Counted from the stretch's first letter, positions 38,641 to 47,903 are shown. The stretch is DNA of 64,000 nt from an uncultured Candidatus Binatia bacterium (GCA_964291295.2 OZ219754.1:2903319-2967318); one strand, 5' to 3'. The notes: a model not told the origin generated them from the sequence alone. A program made the numbers and translations.

Positions 38641-39916
38641 GTGCGTCCATGTAGTCCTCGATGCGCCGCAGCGTCGCTTCGATGCCGCAGCCTTCGTTCA
38701 TCAACTGTCCGGTGGAGGAAGCCAGCCCCGGCCTGAGGCAGTTCTTCAAGCGGAACTCCAGCGGCGACATGCCCAGCCGGTGGGCCAGCTGGTCCATCTG
38801 GGACTCGTGGGCCACGGCCGCCTGCATCACCCCGAAGCCGCGCATGGCCCCGGAGACCAGATTGTTGGTGTAGAGCGTATAGGTGTCCACCCGGATGTTC
38901 GGCACTTCGTAGGGACCGGTGGCGTGGATGCCCGCCTTCTTGACCACGTAGGCGCCCAGCGAAACCCCCGCGCCCGTGTCGCCGTAGATGTCGCCGTCCA
39001 GGAAGGCCAGCCGGCCGTCGGCGCGGGCGCCGGTGCGGAAGTTCATGGCCATGGGGTGGCGCTTGGTGTTGGCGACGAGGGACTCCTCGCGGCTGTAGAC
39101 CAGGCGCACCGGCCGGTGCGTCCTGAGCGCCAGCAGGCCGGCGTGGATCTCCACGGTGATGTCGTCCTTGCGGCCGAAGCCGCCGCCGATGGGTGCCTGG
39201 ATCACCCGGACCCTGTTCATGGCAAGGCCCAGGGCCGGCGCGATCTGGCGGCGGTCCCGGTACGGGTACTGGGTGCCCGCCAGGATGTGCAGCACGCCGG
39301 AGGGATCCACATGGGCCAGTCCCGCCTCCGGCTCCATGGGAACGTGATCCATGCGATGGGTGTGGTAGGTGTTCTCCACGACCACGTCCGCCTCCCGCAT
39401 GCCCCGCTCCAGATCACCCTTGCGCACGGTGGTGTGCTGGAACACGTTGCCGCCCTCGTGGATCGAAGGCGCCGTCCGGTCCAGGGCATCCGCGTAGGTG
39501 AGAATCGGCCGCAGCGGCTCCAGGTCCACCTTGATCTTCGCCAGCGCCTCCTCGGCCGCTTCTTCGTCCTCCGCCGCCACCAGGGCCAGGGCATCGCCCG
39601 CCGACCGCACCTTGTCGTCCGCCAGCACCTGCTGGTCGAGCACGGCCAGTCCGTAGCGGTTGGTGCCGGGCACGTCCGCGGCCGTGAGCACGGCGGCCAC
39701 ACCGGGCGTCCGGGCGGCCTCCCTGGTGTCGATGTGGCGGATCACCGCGTGGGGCGTACCCGCCCACAGGATCCGGGCGTGGAGCATGCCCGGCACCACC
39801 ATGTCGCCCACGTACTCGGTGGCGCCCAACGCCTTCTCCAGCGCGTCGGGCCTGGTGACGTTCCTGCCGATCCAGTGATGCGGGCGGTCCGCCGCCCCGG
39901 AAGTCCCCTGGCTCAT
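38603..39916 (-). CDS. Xanthine-dehydrogenase-family Mo-hydroxylase, N-terminal molybdopterin-binding piece (NdhL-like)
   Basis: ORF 38603..40504 trimmed to ATG 39916 (ATGA overlap with the 2Fe-2S gene). GATEYVGDM, VENTYHTHRMDHVPMEPEA, APIGGGFGRKDD. 437 aa, ending where unsplit homologues continue. Confidence 0.8.
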   Translation of the reverse strand: MSQGTSGAADRPHHWIGRNVTRPDALEKALGATEYVGDMVVPGMLHARILWAGTPHAVIRHIDTREAARTPGVAAVLTAADVPGTNRYGLAVLDQQVLADDKVRSAGDALALVAAEDEEAAEEALAKIKVDLEPLRPILTYADALDRTAPSIHEGGNVFQHTTVRKGDLERGMREADVVVENTYHTHRMDHVPMEPEAGLAHVDPSGVLHILAGTQYPYRDRRQIAPALGLAMNRVRVIQAPIGGGFGRKDDITVEIHAGLLALRTHRPVRLVYSREESLVANTKRHPMAMNFRTGARADGRLAFLDGDIYGDTGAGVSLGAYVVKKAGIHATGPYEVPNIRVDTYTLYTNNLVSGAMRGFGVMQAAVAHESQMDQLAHRLGMSPLEFRLKNCLRPGLASSTGQLMNEGCGIEATLRRIEDYMDAHDLRFRRARAAS

Positions 39917-40392
39917 CTCCCCTCGCTCGTGATCTCTTCGGCGGCCGCGCGCACGGCCTTGACGATCTTGCCGTATCCCGTGCAACGGCATAGGTTCCCG
40001 GAGATGGCGAAACGGATCTCGTCGTCCGTGGGGTCGGGGTTGTCGCGCAGCAGCGCCCAGGCGCTCATGATCATCCCCGGCGTGCAGTAACCGCACTGTA
40101 TGCCGCCCTGCGCCACCATCTGCCGCTGCAAGGGATGGGGCCGGCCCTCTTCGGCCAAGGCTTCGATGGTCACCACCTCCCGGTCCACCGCGTCGGGAAA
40201 CAGCACCAGGCAGGACACCACCGGCCGGCCGTCGAGGAGAACCGTGCACGACCCGCACTCGGCCTCGTTGCAGCCCTTCTTGCTGCCGGTCAGACGAAGG
40301 TTGTCGCGCAGTACGTCCAGCAGGGACTGATGGGGTTCGGCTTCGGTTTCCCGGACGCCGCCGTTCACCCGCAGACGGTAGCGCCGCTTCAT
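39913..40392 (-). CDS. Mo-hydroxylase small subunit, 2x[2Fe-2S]
   Basis: GCNEAECGSCTVLLDG and QCGYCTPGMIMS...GNLCRCTGY cysteine motifs. 159 aa. Confidence 0.9.
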   Translation of the reverse strand: MKRRYRLRVNGGVRETEAEPHQSLLDVLRDNLRLTGSKKGCNEAECGSCTVLLDGRPVVSCLVLFPDAVDREVVTIEALAEEGRPHPLQRQMVAQGGIQCGYCTPGMIMSAWALLRDNPDPTDDEIRFAISGNLCRCTGYGKIVKAVRAAAEEITSEGR

Positions 40393-41282
40393 GCCGTCGC
40401 CGCCCGCCCGTCCGCCCGGGCCCTTTCCACCGCCTGTCGCAGCACGCGCCGCACCAGTATCCGCGCCAGCTCCCTGCGGTAGGCCGCCGACCCGCGAATG
40501 TCATCGATGGGGCAACACGCTTCCATCGCCGCGGTCCCGGCCCACTCCAGGCGTTCCGGGCTCGGCTCCCTGTCCAGCACCAGCTCCTCCGCCTTCAGAG
40601 CCCGAATGGGCGTGGGCGCCACCGCGCCCAGGGCGATGCGCACCGCCCTCACCCTTTCCCGGGCCGAATCCAGCGTCACGGAGGCGGCGGCGCTGGCTAT
40701 GGCGATGTCCATGGCCGACCGCGGCGTGAACCGCTCGAAGGCATCGCCGGTGAACGGTTCCGGTTCCGGCACCTCCACCGCCAGGAGCAACCCGCCGGCA
40801 CCCAGCACCGACGCCCCCGGACCTTGAAAAAAGTTCTCCACCGATACGGTCTCCCGTCGGGATTCATGGCCCCACAGGGTTATCGTGGCCCCCAGCGCCA
40901 TGAGCGGCGGCGCCGTATCCGCCGACGGCGAAGCATTGCACAGGTTGCCGCCGACGCTGGCCATGTTCCTCAACTGCGGCGAACCCACCACCCGGAGCGC
41001 CTCGCGGATCGAGGGAAAGCGCCGGCCCACGGCCGCGGACGTTTCCAGATCCCGCATGGGCGTGCAGGCCCTCACCTGGAGCCCCTTGCCGGGCGCGCAT
41101 TCCCAGCCCGAAAGCCCCGGTATCCGTTTCAGATTCACCAGCCCCTCGGCGCGGACCACCCGACGGCGCAACTGTATGACGATATCCGTACCGCCGGCAA
41201 GCGCCCGGCGCGCGCCTTTTCCCTCCCGCAACAACTCGCTCGCTTCCCGCAGGGAGGTGGGCTCGAAATAGTCAAAGCGCAT
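40389..41282 (-). CDS. Mo-hydroxylase medium subunit, FAD-binding (CoxM/XdhB-like)
   Basis: MRFDYFEPTSLREASELL...LAGGTDIVIQLR...NMASVGGNLCNASPSADT...DDIRGSAAYRRELARILVRR. No Cys-rich [4Fe-4S] insertion. Confidence 0.9.
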   Translation of the reverse strand: MRFDYFEPTSLREASELLREGKGARRALAGGTDIVIQLRRRVVRAEGLVNLKRIPGLSGWECAPGKGLQVRACTPMRDLETSAAVGRRFPSIREALRVVGSPQLRNMASVGGNLCNASPSADTAPPLMALGATITLWGHESRRETVSVENFFQGPGASVLGAGGLLLAVEVPEPEPFTGDAFERFTPRSAMDIAIASAAASVTLDSARERVRAVRIALGAVAPTPIRALKAEELVLDREPSPERLEWAGTAAMEACCPIDDIRGSAAYRRELARILVRRVLRQAVERARADGRAATA

Positions 41283-41313
41283 GCGTGGTGCTTCCGTTCG
41301 ACCCGGCTCCGGT

Positions 41314-42255
41314 TCAGGTCAGCCTGGGAATTACCTCCGAGGCGATCATCTCCAACTGCTCGAACTGGTAGCGGTAGGGGATCAGGATGATCCGGTGCAC
41401 ACCCGCGTCGACATGGGCCTGGAGCTGCTCCACGCACTGGTCCGCGGTGCCCCGAATCGCGTGCTCGATGGTCGAGTCGCTCCACTTGGCGATGTCCCAT
41501 TCGGTGGAGAGCCAGTGCCGCATGGGTCCGTCCGCCGCTTCCCTGGAGGGACCCACGTAAATGGCCAACTGGTTGGTGGCGGTGAGCTTCGACGGGTCGC
41601 GTCCGGCCTCGTCCGCCGCCGCCAGGACCTTGGCCCAGCTCCTGGCGAAACCCTCGGGCGTATAGAAGTAGGTCAGCCAGCCGTCTCCCTTCCGCCCCGC
41701 CCGGCGCAGCACCCGATCGATGTAGCCGCCGATGAGGATGGGCGGATGGGGCTTCTGAATCGGCTTGGGCAGCAGCACCGCCGAGCGCAGGTCCAATTCG
41801 TCCACCTGCGTGGTCACCCGATCCTCGGTCCACAGCCGCACCAGCAGATCCAGATTGCGCTCGAAGATGCGGCCCCGGTCCTTGAAGGAGATGCCGACGG
41901 CATCGAACTCCCGGGCGTACCAGCCGGAGGCGACCCCCAGCAGCAGGCGTCCGTTGGAGATCCGGTCCAGACTGCCCAGCACCTTCGCCGCCACCACCGG
42001 GTTGCGCAACGGCAGCACCATCACGCCGGTCCCCAGCCGGATGCTCCGGGTGCGCGCCGCAATGGCGGTGAGAACGGTCAAGGAGTCCAGCACCGGGAAG
42101 CTCGGGTCGACCCCCAGAAGGATATGGTCCCAGGCCCAGAGGGACTCGAAACCCAGCTCCTCGGCGCGCCGGGAATAACCTATCAAACCGTCCACGTCCG
42201 GTGTCTCCCCCGGACCGACGAAATTGCGAATGGCGACTCCAAAACGTACCGACAT
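41314..42255 (-). CDS. LLM-class (luciferase-like) flavin/F420-dependent oxidoreductase
   Basis: FGVAIRNF...AEELGFESLWAWDHIL...LGTGVMVLPLRNPVVAAKVLGSLDRISNGRLLLGVASGW. Confidence 0.85.
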   Translation of the reverse strand: MSVRFGVAIRNFVGPGETPDVDGLIGYSRRAEELGFESLWAWDHILLGVDPSFPVLDSLTVLTAIAARTRSIRLGTGVMVLPLRNPVVAAKVLGSLDRISNGRLLLGVASGWYAREFDAVGISFKDRGRIFERNLDLLVRLWTEDRVTTQVDELDLRSAVLLPKPIQKPHPPILIGGYIDRVLRRAGRKGDGWLTYFYTPEGFARSWAKVLAAADEAGRDPSKLTATNQLAIYVGPSREAADGPMRHWLSTEWDIAKWSDSTIEHAIRGTADQCVEQLQAHVDAGVHRIILIPYRYQFEQLEMIASEVIPRLT

Positions 42256-42275
42256 TTATCCAGGCCCCTCAGGTT

Positions 42276-43049
42276 TCACGCACGGCCCTGACCCAGAAAA
42301 CTCCTCTCCGGGTCGATGCTCCGCAAAGTTTCCAACTCTTCCTCGCTGGGCGGCTCGGTGACCGTCGGGCGATCGGGCACGGACAATTCGAACCCGGTGT
42401 TGTCCAGCACCTGCTGCACGGTGACGCCCGGGTTGAGGCTCTCCAGCCGCAGCCGGCGCGTCTCGTCGTCGAACACCAGCGTGCCCAGGTGGGTCACGAT
42501 ACGGCTGACGGTGCCGAACAGGAGCCCCGCCTCGCGGCGGGCATCTCCGCCCGACAGGAATCCCGGACTGGTGACGAAGTCCACCCGCGGCACGAATCGG
42601 CGCCGTTCGTGCATGGTCACCACCATGACCCTGCGGCACAGCGAGATGATGTCGTTGGCCCCGCCGCTGCCCGGCAGACGGACCTTGGGCCGCTGATAGC
42701 TGCCGATGACACTGGAGTTGAGGTTGCCATGACAGTCGATCTGCGCGCCGCCGACGAAACCCACATCAAGGAAACCCCGCTGGGCGAACAGGAACGTGTC
42801 GGTGATGCCCGGCAGCATCTGCGCCCGGGGCGCGGTACGCATCTCGTTGGTGGAGTATGGCAACCGGCCCGGAACCATCCTGGGACCCAGGCTGCCCCCC
42901 TCCACCACGATGACGAGCTGAGGGGCGCGGGTCTTCTGCGCCAGCACGGCGGACACCAGCGGCACGCCCACGCCGGCGAACACCGAGGTCACGCCCGCAA
43001 GCTGGCGGGAAGCGATCACCGCCAGAAGCTCGGTGGCCGAGCAGTTCAT
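42276..43049 (-). CDS. Family I CoA-transferase subunit B (glutaconate CoA-transferase-like)
   Basis: ORF 42276..43871 trimmed to ATG 43049 (ATGA overlap with subunit A). VFAGVGVPLVSAVLAQ...VEGGSLG...GGAQIDCHGNLNSS...LPGSGGANDI. Confidence 0.85.
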   Translation of the reverse strand: MNCSATELLAVIASRQLAGVTSVFAGVGVPLVSAVLAQKTRAPQLVIVVEGGSLGPRMVPGRLPYSTNEMRTAPRAQMLPGITDTFLFAQRGFLDVGFVGGAQIDCHGNLNSSVIGSYQRPKVRLPGSGGANDIISLCRRVMVVTMHERRRFVPRVDFVTSPGFLSGGDARREAGLLFGTVSRIVTHLGTLVFDDETRRLRLESLNPGVTVQQVLDNTGFELSVPDRPTVTEPPSEEELETLRSIDPERSFLGQGRA

Positions 43050-44002
43050 CCCGGCCCCAGCAATTCCTCGGCACAGCGTCGCTGCCGCGCCAGCGCCTCT
43101 TCGCCGAACAGCGCCAGGTAGGCCTCGTGACCCGGAACACCGTAGACGTAGCGGTCGAGATAGTCGTGGATGGCGCCGGTACCGCGCGCCCTGACGGCGT
43201 CGGTGTAGGCCTCGAAATGGGCGAAGTCGGCTTCGTACAAGCCGTAGCACTCGTGCGGGAAGGAGCCGTAGGGCGTCTCCACCACCGCATCCACCACCAG
43301 TCCCGGAATCACCGTGCGGTCCGGCCGGCGGCGAACCTCCTCCTCGGCAATGATCTCCTCGGCGGTGACGATGACCGTGGCGGCGGCCTTGGCGATATCC
43401 GCGTCCATGTGCGGATAGCCGTCGATCTGGCAGTTGCCGAAACGGTCGGCCCGATGCACGTGGATCAGCGCCACCTCGGGGAACAGGGCCGGCACGAGAC
43501 AAAGGGTCTCTCCCGTGAACGGGCATTTCATGGTCCGGGTGTCGGTGACCTCCATGAGGTCCGAACCCAGCATGGTCAGGGTGGGCAGGAACGGGATGCC
43601 CATGGCACCGGCCCGGTAACGGAGTCCGAGCCCCAGATGGCTCCACTCCTCGAACCGGATGCGCCCTCCTTCCACCTCTTCGCGAAGCTTGAGGGAAAGC
43701 CCCCAAGGGAGCGCGATGTCGAACCAGCTCGTCATCAGCGCGTCCACGGCCTTGGCGGCCATGAACAACTCGCCCTCGTAGCACATGAGGTTCCGGGAAA
43801 GGGTCAGGCCGCGTCTTTGCTGGCGCAACACCTCCATCAGCGCAGCCAGCGGGCTGCGCGAGAAGAGACATCCGCCGATGGCGATGTGGTCGCCGTCCCG
43901 AACCCGCCCAACGGCTTGCTCCAGGGTCGTGAGCTTCTCACCGGTGTACTGGGGCTTGGCCTCAAGCCGGCGGCGCGCCTCGACGAAATCGGCGGATTTC
44001 AT
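43046..44002 (-). CDS. Family I CoA-transferase subunit A (glutaconate CoA-transferase-like)
   Basis: LTTLEQAVGRVRDGDHIAIGGCLFSRSPLAALMEVLRQ...HVHRADRFGNCQIDG. 318 aa. AAGAGGA SD. Confidence 0.85.
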   Translation of the reverse strand: MKSADFVEARRRLEAKPQYTGEKLTTLEQAVGRVRDGDHIAIGGCLFSRSPLAALMEVLRQQRRGLTLSRNLMCYEGELFMAAKAVDALMTSWFDIALPWGLSLKLREEVEGGRIRFEEWSHLGLGLRYRAGAMGIPFLPTLTMLGSDLMEVTDTRTMKCPFTGETLCLVPALFPEVALIHVHRADRFGNCQIDGYPHMDADIAKAAATVIVTAEEIIAEEEVRRRPDRTVIPGLVVDAVVETPYGSFPHECYGLYEADFAHFEAYTDAVRARGTGAIHDYLDRYVYGVPGHEAYLALFGEEALARQRRCAEELLGPG

Positions 44003-44116
44003 CAGGACACGAGTCCTCTTTCCGGGCCTTGTTCCGGGCGGCCCCGATGGTGGTCAGGGCCGCATGTGGCGGGTGCCGTCATGCTCCAAGGCTGCTAACA
44101 TCAAAGCCCGGTGCGG

Positions 44117-45175
44117 TCAACTCCCGCTCCGGCCAAGGAAGCGGCGGCACATTTCGTGGATGGCATCGACCCGGACCGGATGCAACCAGTGGAGGTCCGG
44201 CTGGGCGCGAAACCAGGTGAGTTGGCGCTTGGCCAGTCGGCGGGTGGCCTGCTGCATCGAAGACAACGCTTCCGCCTGGCTCAAACGCCCCATGAGGCAC
44301 TGAACCGCCTGGCGATAGCCGACGCTGCGCATGCTGCGCAGAGCCGGCCCATAGCCCCCATCGAGAAGCCCCCGGACCTCGTCCAGCAACCCCTCCGCCA
44401 TCATGCGTTGGCAACGGGCATCAATGCCGGCGTACAACTCCGGGCGCGGCCGCTCGAGTCCCAGTCCCAGCACGTCGAAGGGCCGGTCGCCGAACCCGTG
44501 CTCGCGCTGCCACTGGCTCAATCGCCTGCCGGTGCCGTGGAACACCTCCAGCGCGCGCACGATGCGGACCCGGTCCCGGCGGTGAATCCGCGCCGCCGCC
44601 TCCGGGTCCACCTGTCTCAGGCGCTCGAAAAGAGCCTCCGGACCCTGTTCCGCCGCGGAGCGCCGGAGCTCGGCCCGCAATACCGGATTCGGCGCCGGCC
44701 CGGCGAACAGACCCCGGGTCAGCGCCTTCACGTAGAGTCCGGTGCCCCCCGCCACCAGCACGCCGCGCCCCCGGGCCCAGACCCCCTGGATGGCCTCCAG
44801 CGCCAGTTCCCTGAACCGCGCGACGTGGAACTCCTCGTCCGGGTCGACGACGTCGAGCAGGTGATGCGGCCGCCGCCGTCGTTGCGCCGGCGTCGGCTTG
44901 GCCGTCCCGATGTCCATGGTACGGTACACCTGCATCGAGTCGGCGCTCACGATCTCGAGGTCGAGGCGCTCCGCGAGGACCAGCGCCGCCTCGGTCTTGC
45001 CGACCCCGGTGGGGCCCACGAGCAACAGGATCCTCGGTCTGGTGTTCACGGAGTTGGCATCCACGGAGCCGGCGGCCGGTGCGGCCGTTTCACACGATGA
45101 TCCGGGGGTCTTCCCGAGGGCGGCCAGGCGCGCCGCCCGCACCCGCCCGTCTCCGGCGGCAGAAAGCCTGCGCAT
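44117..45175 (-). CDS. miaA: tRNA dimethylallyltransferase
   Basis: ILLLVGPTGVGKTEAALVLAERLDLEIVSADSMQVYRTMDIGTAKP. Start uncertain: ATG 45175 gives a ~45-aa leader; GTG 45064 or 45049 are alternatives. Follows mutL as in many bacteria. Confidence 0.9.
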   Translation of the reverse strand: MRRLSAAGDGRVRAARLAALGKTPGSSCETAAPAAGSVDANSVNTRPRILLLVGPTGVGKTEAALVLAERLDLEIVSADSMQVYRTMDIGTAKPTPAQRRRRPHHLLDVVDPDEEFHVARFRELALEAIQGVWARGRGVLVAGGTGLYVKALTRGLFAGPAPNPVLRAELRRSAAEQGPEALFERLRQVDPEAAARIHRRDRVRIVRALEVFHGTGRRLSQWQREHGFGDRPFDVLGLGLERPRPELYAGIDARCQRMMAEGLLDEVRGLLDGGYGPALRSMRSVGYRQAVQCLMGRLSQAEALSSMQQATRRLAKRQLTWFRAQPDLHWLHPVRVDAIHEMCRRFLGRSGS

Positions 45176-45204
45176 CGCGTCATGCGAAGCAGCCGGACAA
45201 GACC

Positions 45205-46965
45205 TCAGGCGCGCCGGAACAGATGCTCGAGTTGGCTGCGGCTGAACCGGACCATCACGGGCCGGCCGTGAGGACACTGAGTGGCGAACTCGGTCTCGTC
45301 GAGCTGCCGGAGAAGCGCCTCCATTTCCTCCCGTCTGAGTATCCGGCTGGCGCGGATCACGCTGTGGCAGGCAATGCTCATGAGACGCTGCTGATAGCCG
45401 TCGTGCAGCTCCGCGGACCGACCCGTTTCGGCAAACTCGCTGATCATGGCCCGCACCGCGTCGCGGTAGTCGCCTTCGGCCAGCAGGGCCGGCACCGTCC
45501 TCAGCGAGAAGGTGTTGCGACCGAAGGGCTCCAGGGTGAAGCCGGCCTTCTCGAGGACGCCGAGCCGCTCCTCCAGGACCAGGGCCTCGGTGACGGGAAG
45601 TTCGAGGAGCTGGGGCATCAGCAGTTCCTGCCGCTCGATGCGTCCCGCGTCGATGTCCGCGCGCATTCGCTGGAAGGCGACCCGCTCGTGCGCCGCGTGC
45701 TGGTCCACAAGGACCATGCCGGGTTCGCCATGACAAAGGATGTAACAGCCCAACACCTGCCCCACGACGGTGAGCGACGAGAAATTTCCCGGCGCGCCTT
45801 CGGCGCCCGATCGGAGGCCGCCGGGTCTGTTCGCATCCGGAAGCGCGGCGCGCGGCGTCAGGGAGAGGTTCGGGAGCATGGACGCGCCCCGGTACGCCGC
45901 CTCCGGCTCGCGCACCCCGGCCGGCGGCGGCGTTGCCGGGTGCCCGGGCCGGCTGTCCGGCGCTGCCGGTTCCCCCCCCTGGGCGGCCGCCTTCAGGGCA
46001 CCGCGCACCGCGGCCAGTACCGTCTCGTAGAGCTCATGCTGGCGCCGGAACCGCACCTCCGTCTTGGCCGGATGCACATTCACGTCCACAAGTCGGTGCG
46101 GCAGATCCAGATAGAGAACGGCGGCGGGAAAACGTCCCTTCATGAGCAGCGTGTCGTAGGCCTTCAGCATCGCGTGCATCAGGAGCTTGTCCCGCACGAA
46201 GCGCCGGTTGACGAAGGTAACCATATAGCGGGAGTTGCCGAAGGACGTGGGCGCCTGACTCGCGAAGCCCTCGCACCGCAGGTGCTCCCGGGTCAGGGAG
46301 AAGGGCGCGAGGTCGCGGCCGGCGTCGCCGAAGACCTGCCGCACCCGGTCCTGGAGCCTTGTGGTCGCGGCATAGTCCGCAAGCCTCCTGGCGCCGTGAT
46401 GGAGCCGGAAATGCACCGATGGATGCGCCAGTGCCGTGCGGTTCAGGACATCGCTGACGTACTTGATCTCCGTCCGCGGAGCCTTCATGAACTTGAGCCT
46501 GGCCGGGACATGATGGAACAGGTCGCGCACCTCGACGGTGGTCCCCGCAGGGCAACCGGCGGCGGCCGGACTCCCCTTGCGACCGTTCTCGACCCGGAAC
46601 CGGCAGCCGATTTCCTGGGTAGCCGGACGCGACACCATCTCCACGGCCGCCACCGAGGCGATGCTTGGCAGCGCCTCGCCCCGGAAGCCCATGGTGGCGA
46701 TCTCCGCCAGATCCGCCTCGCTCCGGATCTTGCTGGTGGAATGGCGCTCGAAGGCCCGGGGCAACTCCTCCCGGGCCACGCCCTCACCATCGTCGCTGAC
46801 CCTGATGAGAGACGTGCCGTTGCCCTCCACCAGCACGGATATCTCGCCGGCCCCGGCGTCGAGGGCGTTGTCCATCAACTCCTGCACCACCGACGCCGGC
46901 CGTTCCACCACCTCGCCGGCGGCGATGCGATCGATCAGATTGTCCGGCAGTATCGCGATCGTCAT
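45205..46965 (-). CDS. mutL: DNA mismatch repair protein MutL
   Basis: ORF 45205..47124 trimmed to ATG 46965 (MTIAILPDNLIDRIAAGEVVERPASVVQELMDNALDAGA). GFRGEALPSIASV. Confidence 0.9.
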   Translation of the reverse strand: MTIAILPDNLIDRIAAGEVVERPASVVQELMDNALDAGAGEISVLVEGNGTSLIRVSDDGEGVAREELPRAFERHSTSKIRSEADLAEIATMGFRGEALPSIASVAAVEMVSRPATQEIGCRFRVENGRKGSPAAAGCPAGTTVEVRDLFHHVPARLKFMKAPRTEIKYVSDVLNRTALAHPSVHFRLHHGARRLADYAATTRLQDRVRQVFGDAGRDLAPFSLTREHLRCEGFASQAPTSFGNSRYMVTFVNRRFVRDKLLMHAMLKAYDTLLMKGRFPAAVLYLDLPHRLVDVNVHPAKTEVRFRRQHELYETVLAAVRGALKAAAQGGEPAAPDSRPGHPATPPPAGVREPEAAYRGASMLPNLSLTPRAALPDANRPGGLRSGAEGAPGNFSSLTVVGQVLGCYILCHGEPGMVLVDQHAAHERVAFQRMRADIDAGRIERQELLMPQLLELPVTEALVLEERLGVLEKAGFTLEPFGRNTFSLRTVPALLAEGDYRDAVRAMISEFAETGRSAELHDGYQQRLMSIACHSVIRASRILRREEMEALLRQLDETEFATQCPHGRPVMVRFSRSQLEHLFRRA

Positions 46966-47066
46966 GAAACCCTCGTCCCTGAAGACTAATCCACGAGGTT
47001 CGCACCCGTCAACGCGCCGGCGGGGCCTGTTGACACCCCGAACCCGCGCTGGATAAGGTCGGCTCC

Positions 47067-47903
47067 ATGGACGCTCCCTTCCCGGCAGTCCCGGCGCGGC
47101 GGCGACGCGCGCTCGGGGCCGCATTCCGGTGGCTGTGGTTCGGAGCCTGCCTTTGGCTCCCCCTGCAGGCCGCCGCCGCCCCGGACGTCCTCATGGAGGT
47201 GCGGCGGATCGTCATCGATCCCACCAGCCGGACACCGGTGGTGATCCTCAAGGGGGGCGGCCGGCTGCTGCCCATCTGGATCGGCAAGGCCGAGGCCTCG
47301 TCCATCGCCCGCGCCATCGAGGGACAACAGATGCCCCGGCCCGATACCCACGACCTGGTGCGAAATCTCCTGGAAGGACTGGAGGCGGTGCTGGAACGGG
47401 TGACGATCACTGAACTGCGGGAAGGGACCTATTTCGCGGTCATCGGTCTCAAGGCCGGCCGGCAGCGGATTCCCATCGATTCGCGTCCCAGCGACGCCAT
47501 CGCCGTGGCGCTGCGCACGGGCGCGCCGATCTACGCGACGCCCCAGGTGCTGGAACAGGGCGTGCGCCTCGACGCCCCCGCGCTCCGGCACGGCAGCGGC
47601 GTCACGCGCACAATGGGCCTGCATCTGCAGGACCTCACCGCCGAACTGGGCAAGCTGTTCGCCACACGACTGCGGGAAGGCGTGCTGATTGCCCACGTGG
47701 ACAGCGACGGTGCCGCCTCCGGACAGGGCTTCCGGCGTGGGGACGTCATCGTCCGGATGAACGGAAAGCCGGTCCGCAATACGCGCGAACTGGAGGCCCT
47801 CCTGGCCTCGCGCCCGGGAGCCGGCCGGCACACCTTCCACATACAAAGAGACGGCGGGCCCGTCACCATCGTCGTGGACCCGCCGTCTCAAGGACCGCGT
47901 TGA
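47067..47903 (+). CDS. Bifunctional-nuclease (DUF151/BFN) domain fused to a C-terminal PDZ domain, with N-terminal signal-like segment
   Basis: RRRRALGAAFRWLWFGACLWLPLQAAAAPD. BFN core PVVILKGGGRLLPIWIGKAEASSIARAIEGQQMPRPDTHDL...IDSRPSDAIAVALRTGAPIY. PDZ GVLIAHVDSDGAASGQGFRRGDVIVRMNGKPV. Confidence 0.75.
   Translation: MDAPFPAVPARRRRALGAAFRWLWFGACLWLPLQAAAAPDVLMEVRRIVIDPTSRTPVVILKGGGRLLPIWIGKAEASSIARAIEGQQMPRPDTHDLVRNLLEGLEAVLERVTITELREGTYFAVIGLKAGRQRIPIDSRPSDAIAVALRTGAPIYATPQVLEQGVRLDAPALRHGSGVTRTMGLHLQDLTAELGKLFATRLREGVLIAHVDSDGAASGQGFRRGDVIVRMNGKPVRNTRELEALLASRPGAGRHTFHIQRDGGPVTIVVDPPSQGPR

Noticed and set aside
37570-39916. Calling the Mo-hydroxylase large subunit a frameshifted pseudogene
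   Set aside because: I did not adopt this as the primary call. Both pieces are intact and motif-complete, and the sizes and gene order match naturally split four-subunit enzymes. It is kept as an explicit alternative in the findings.
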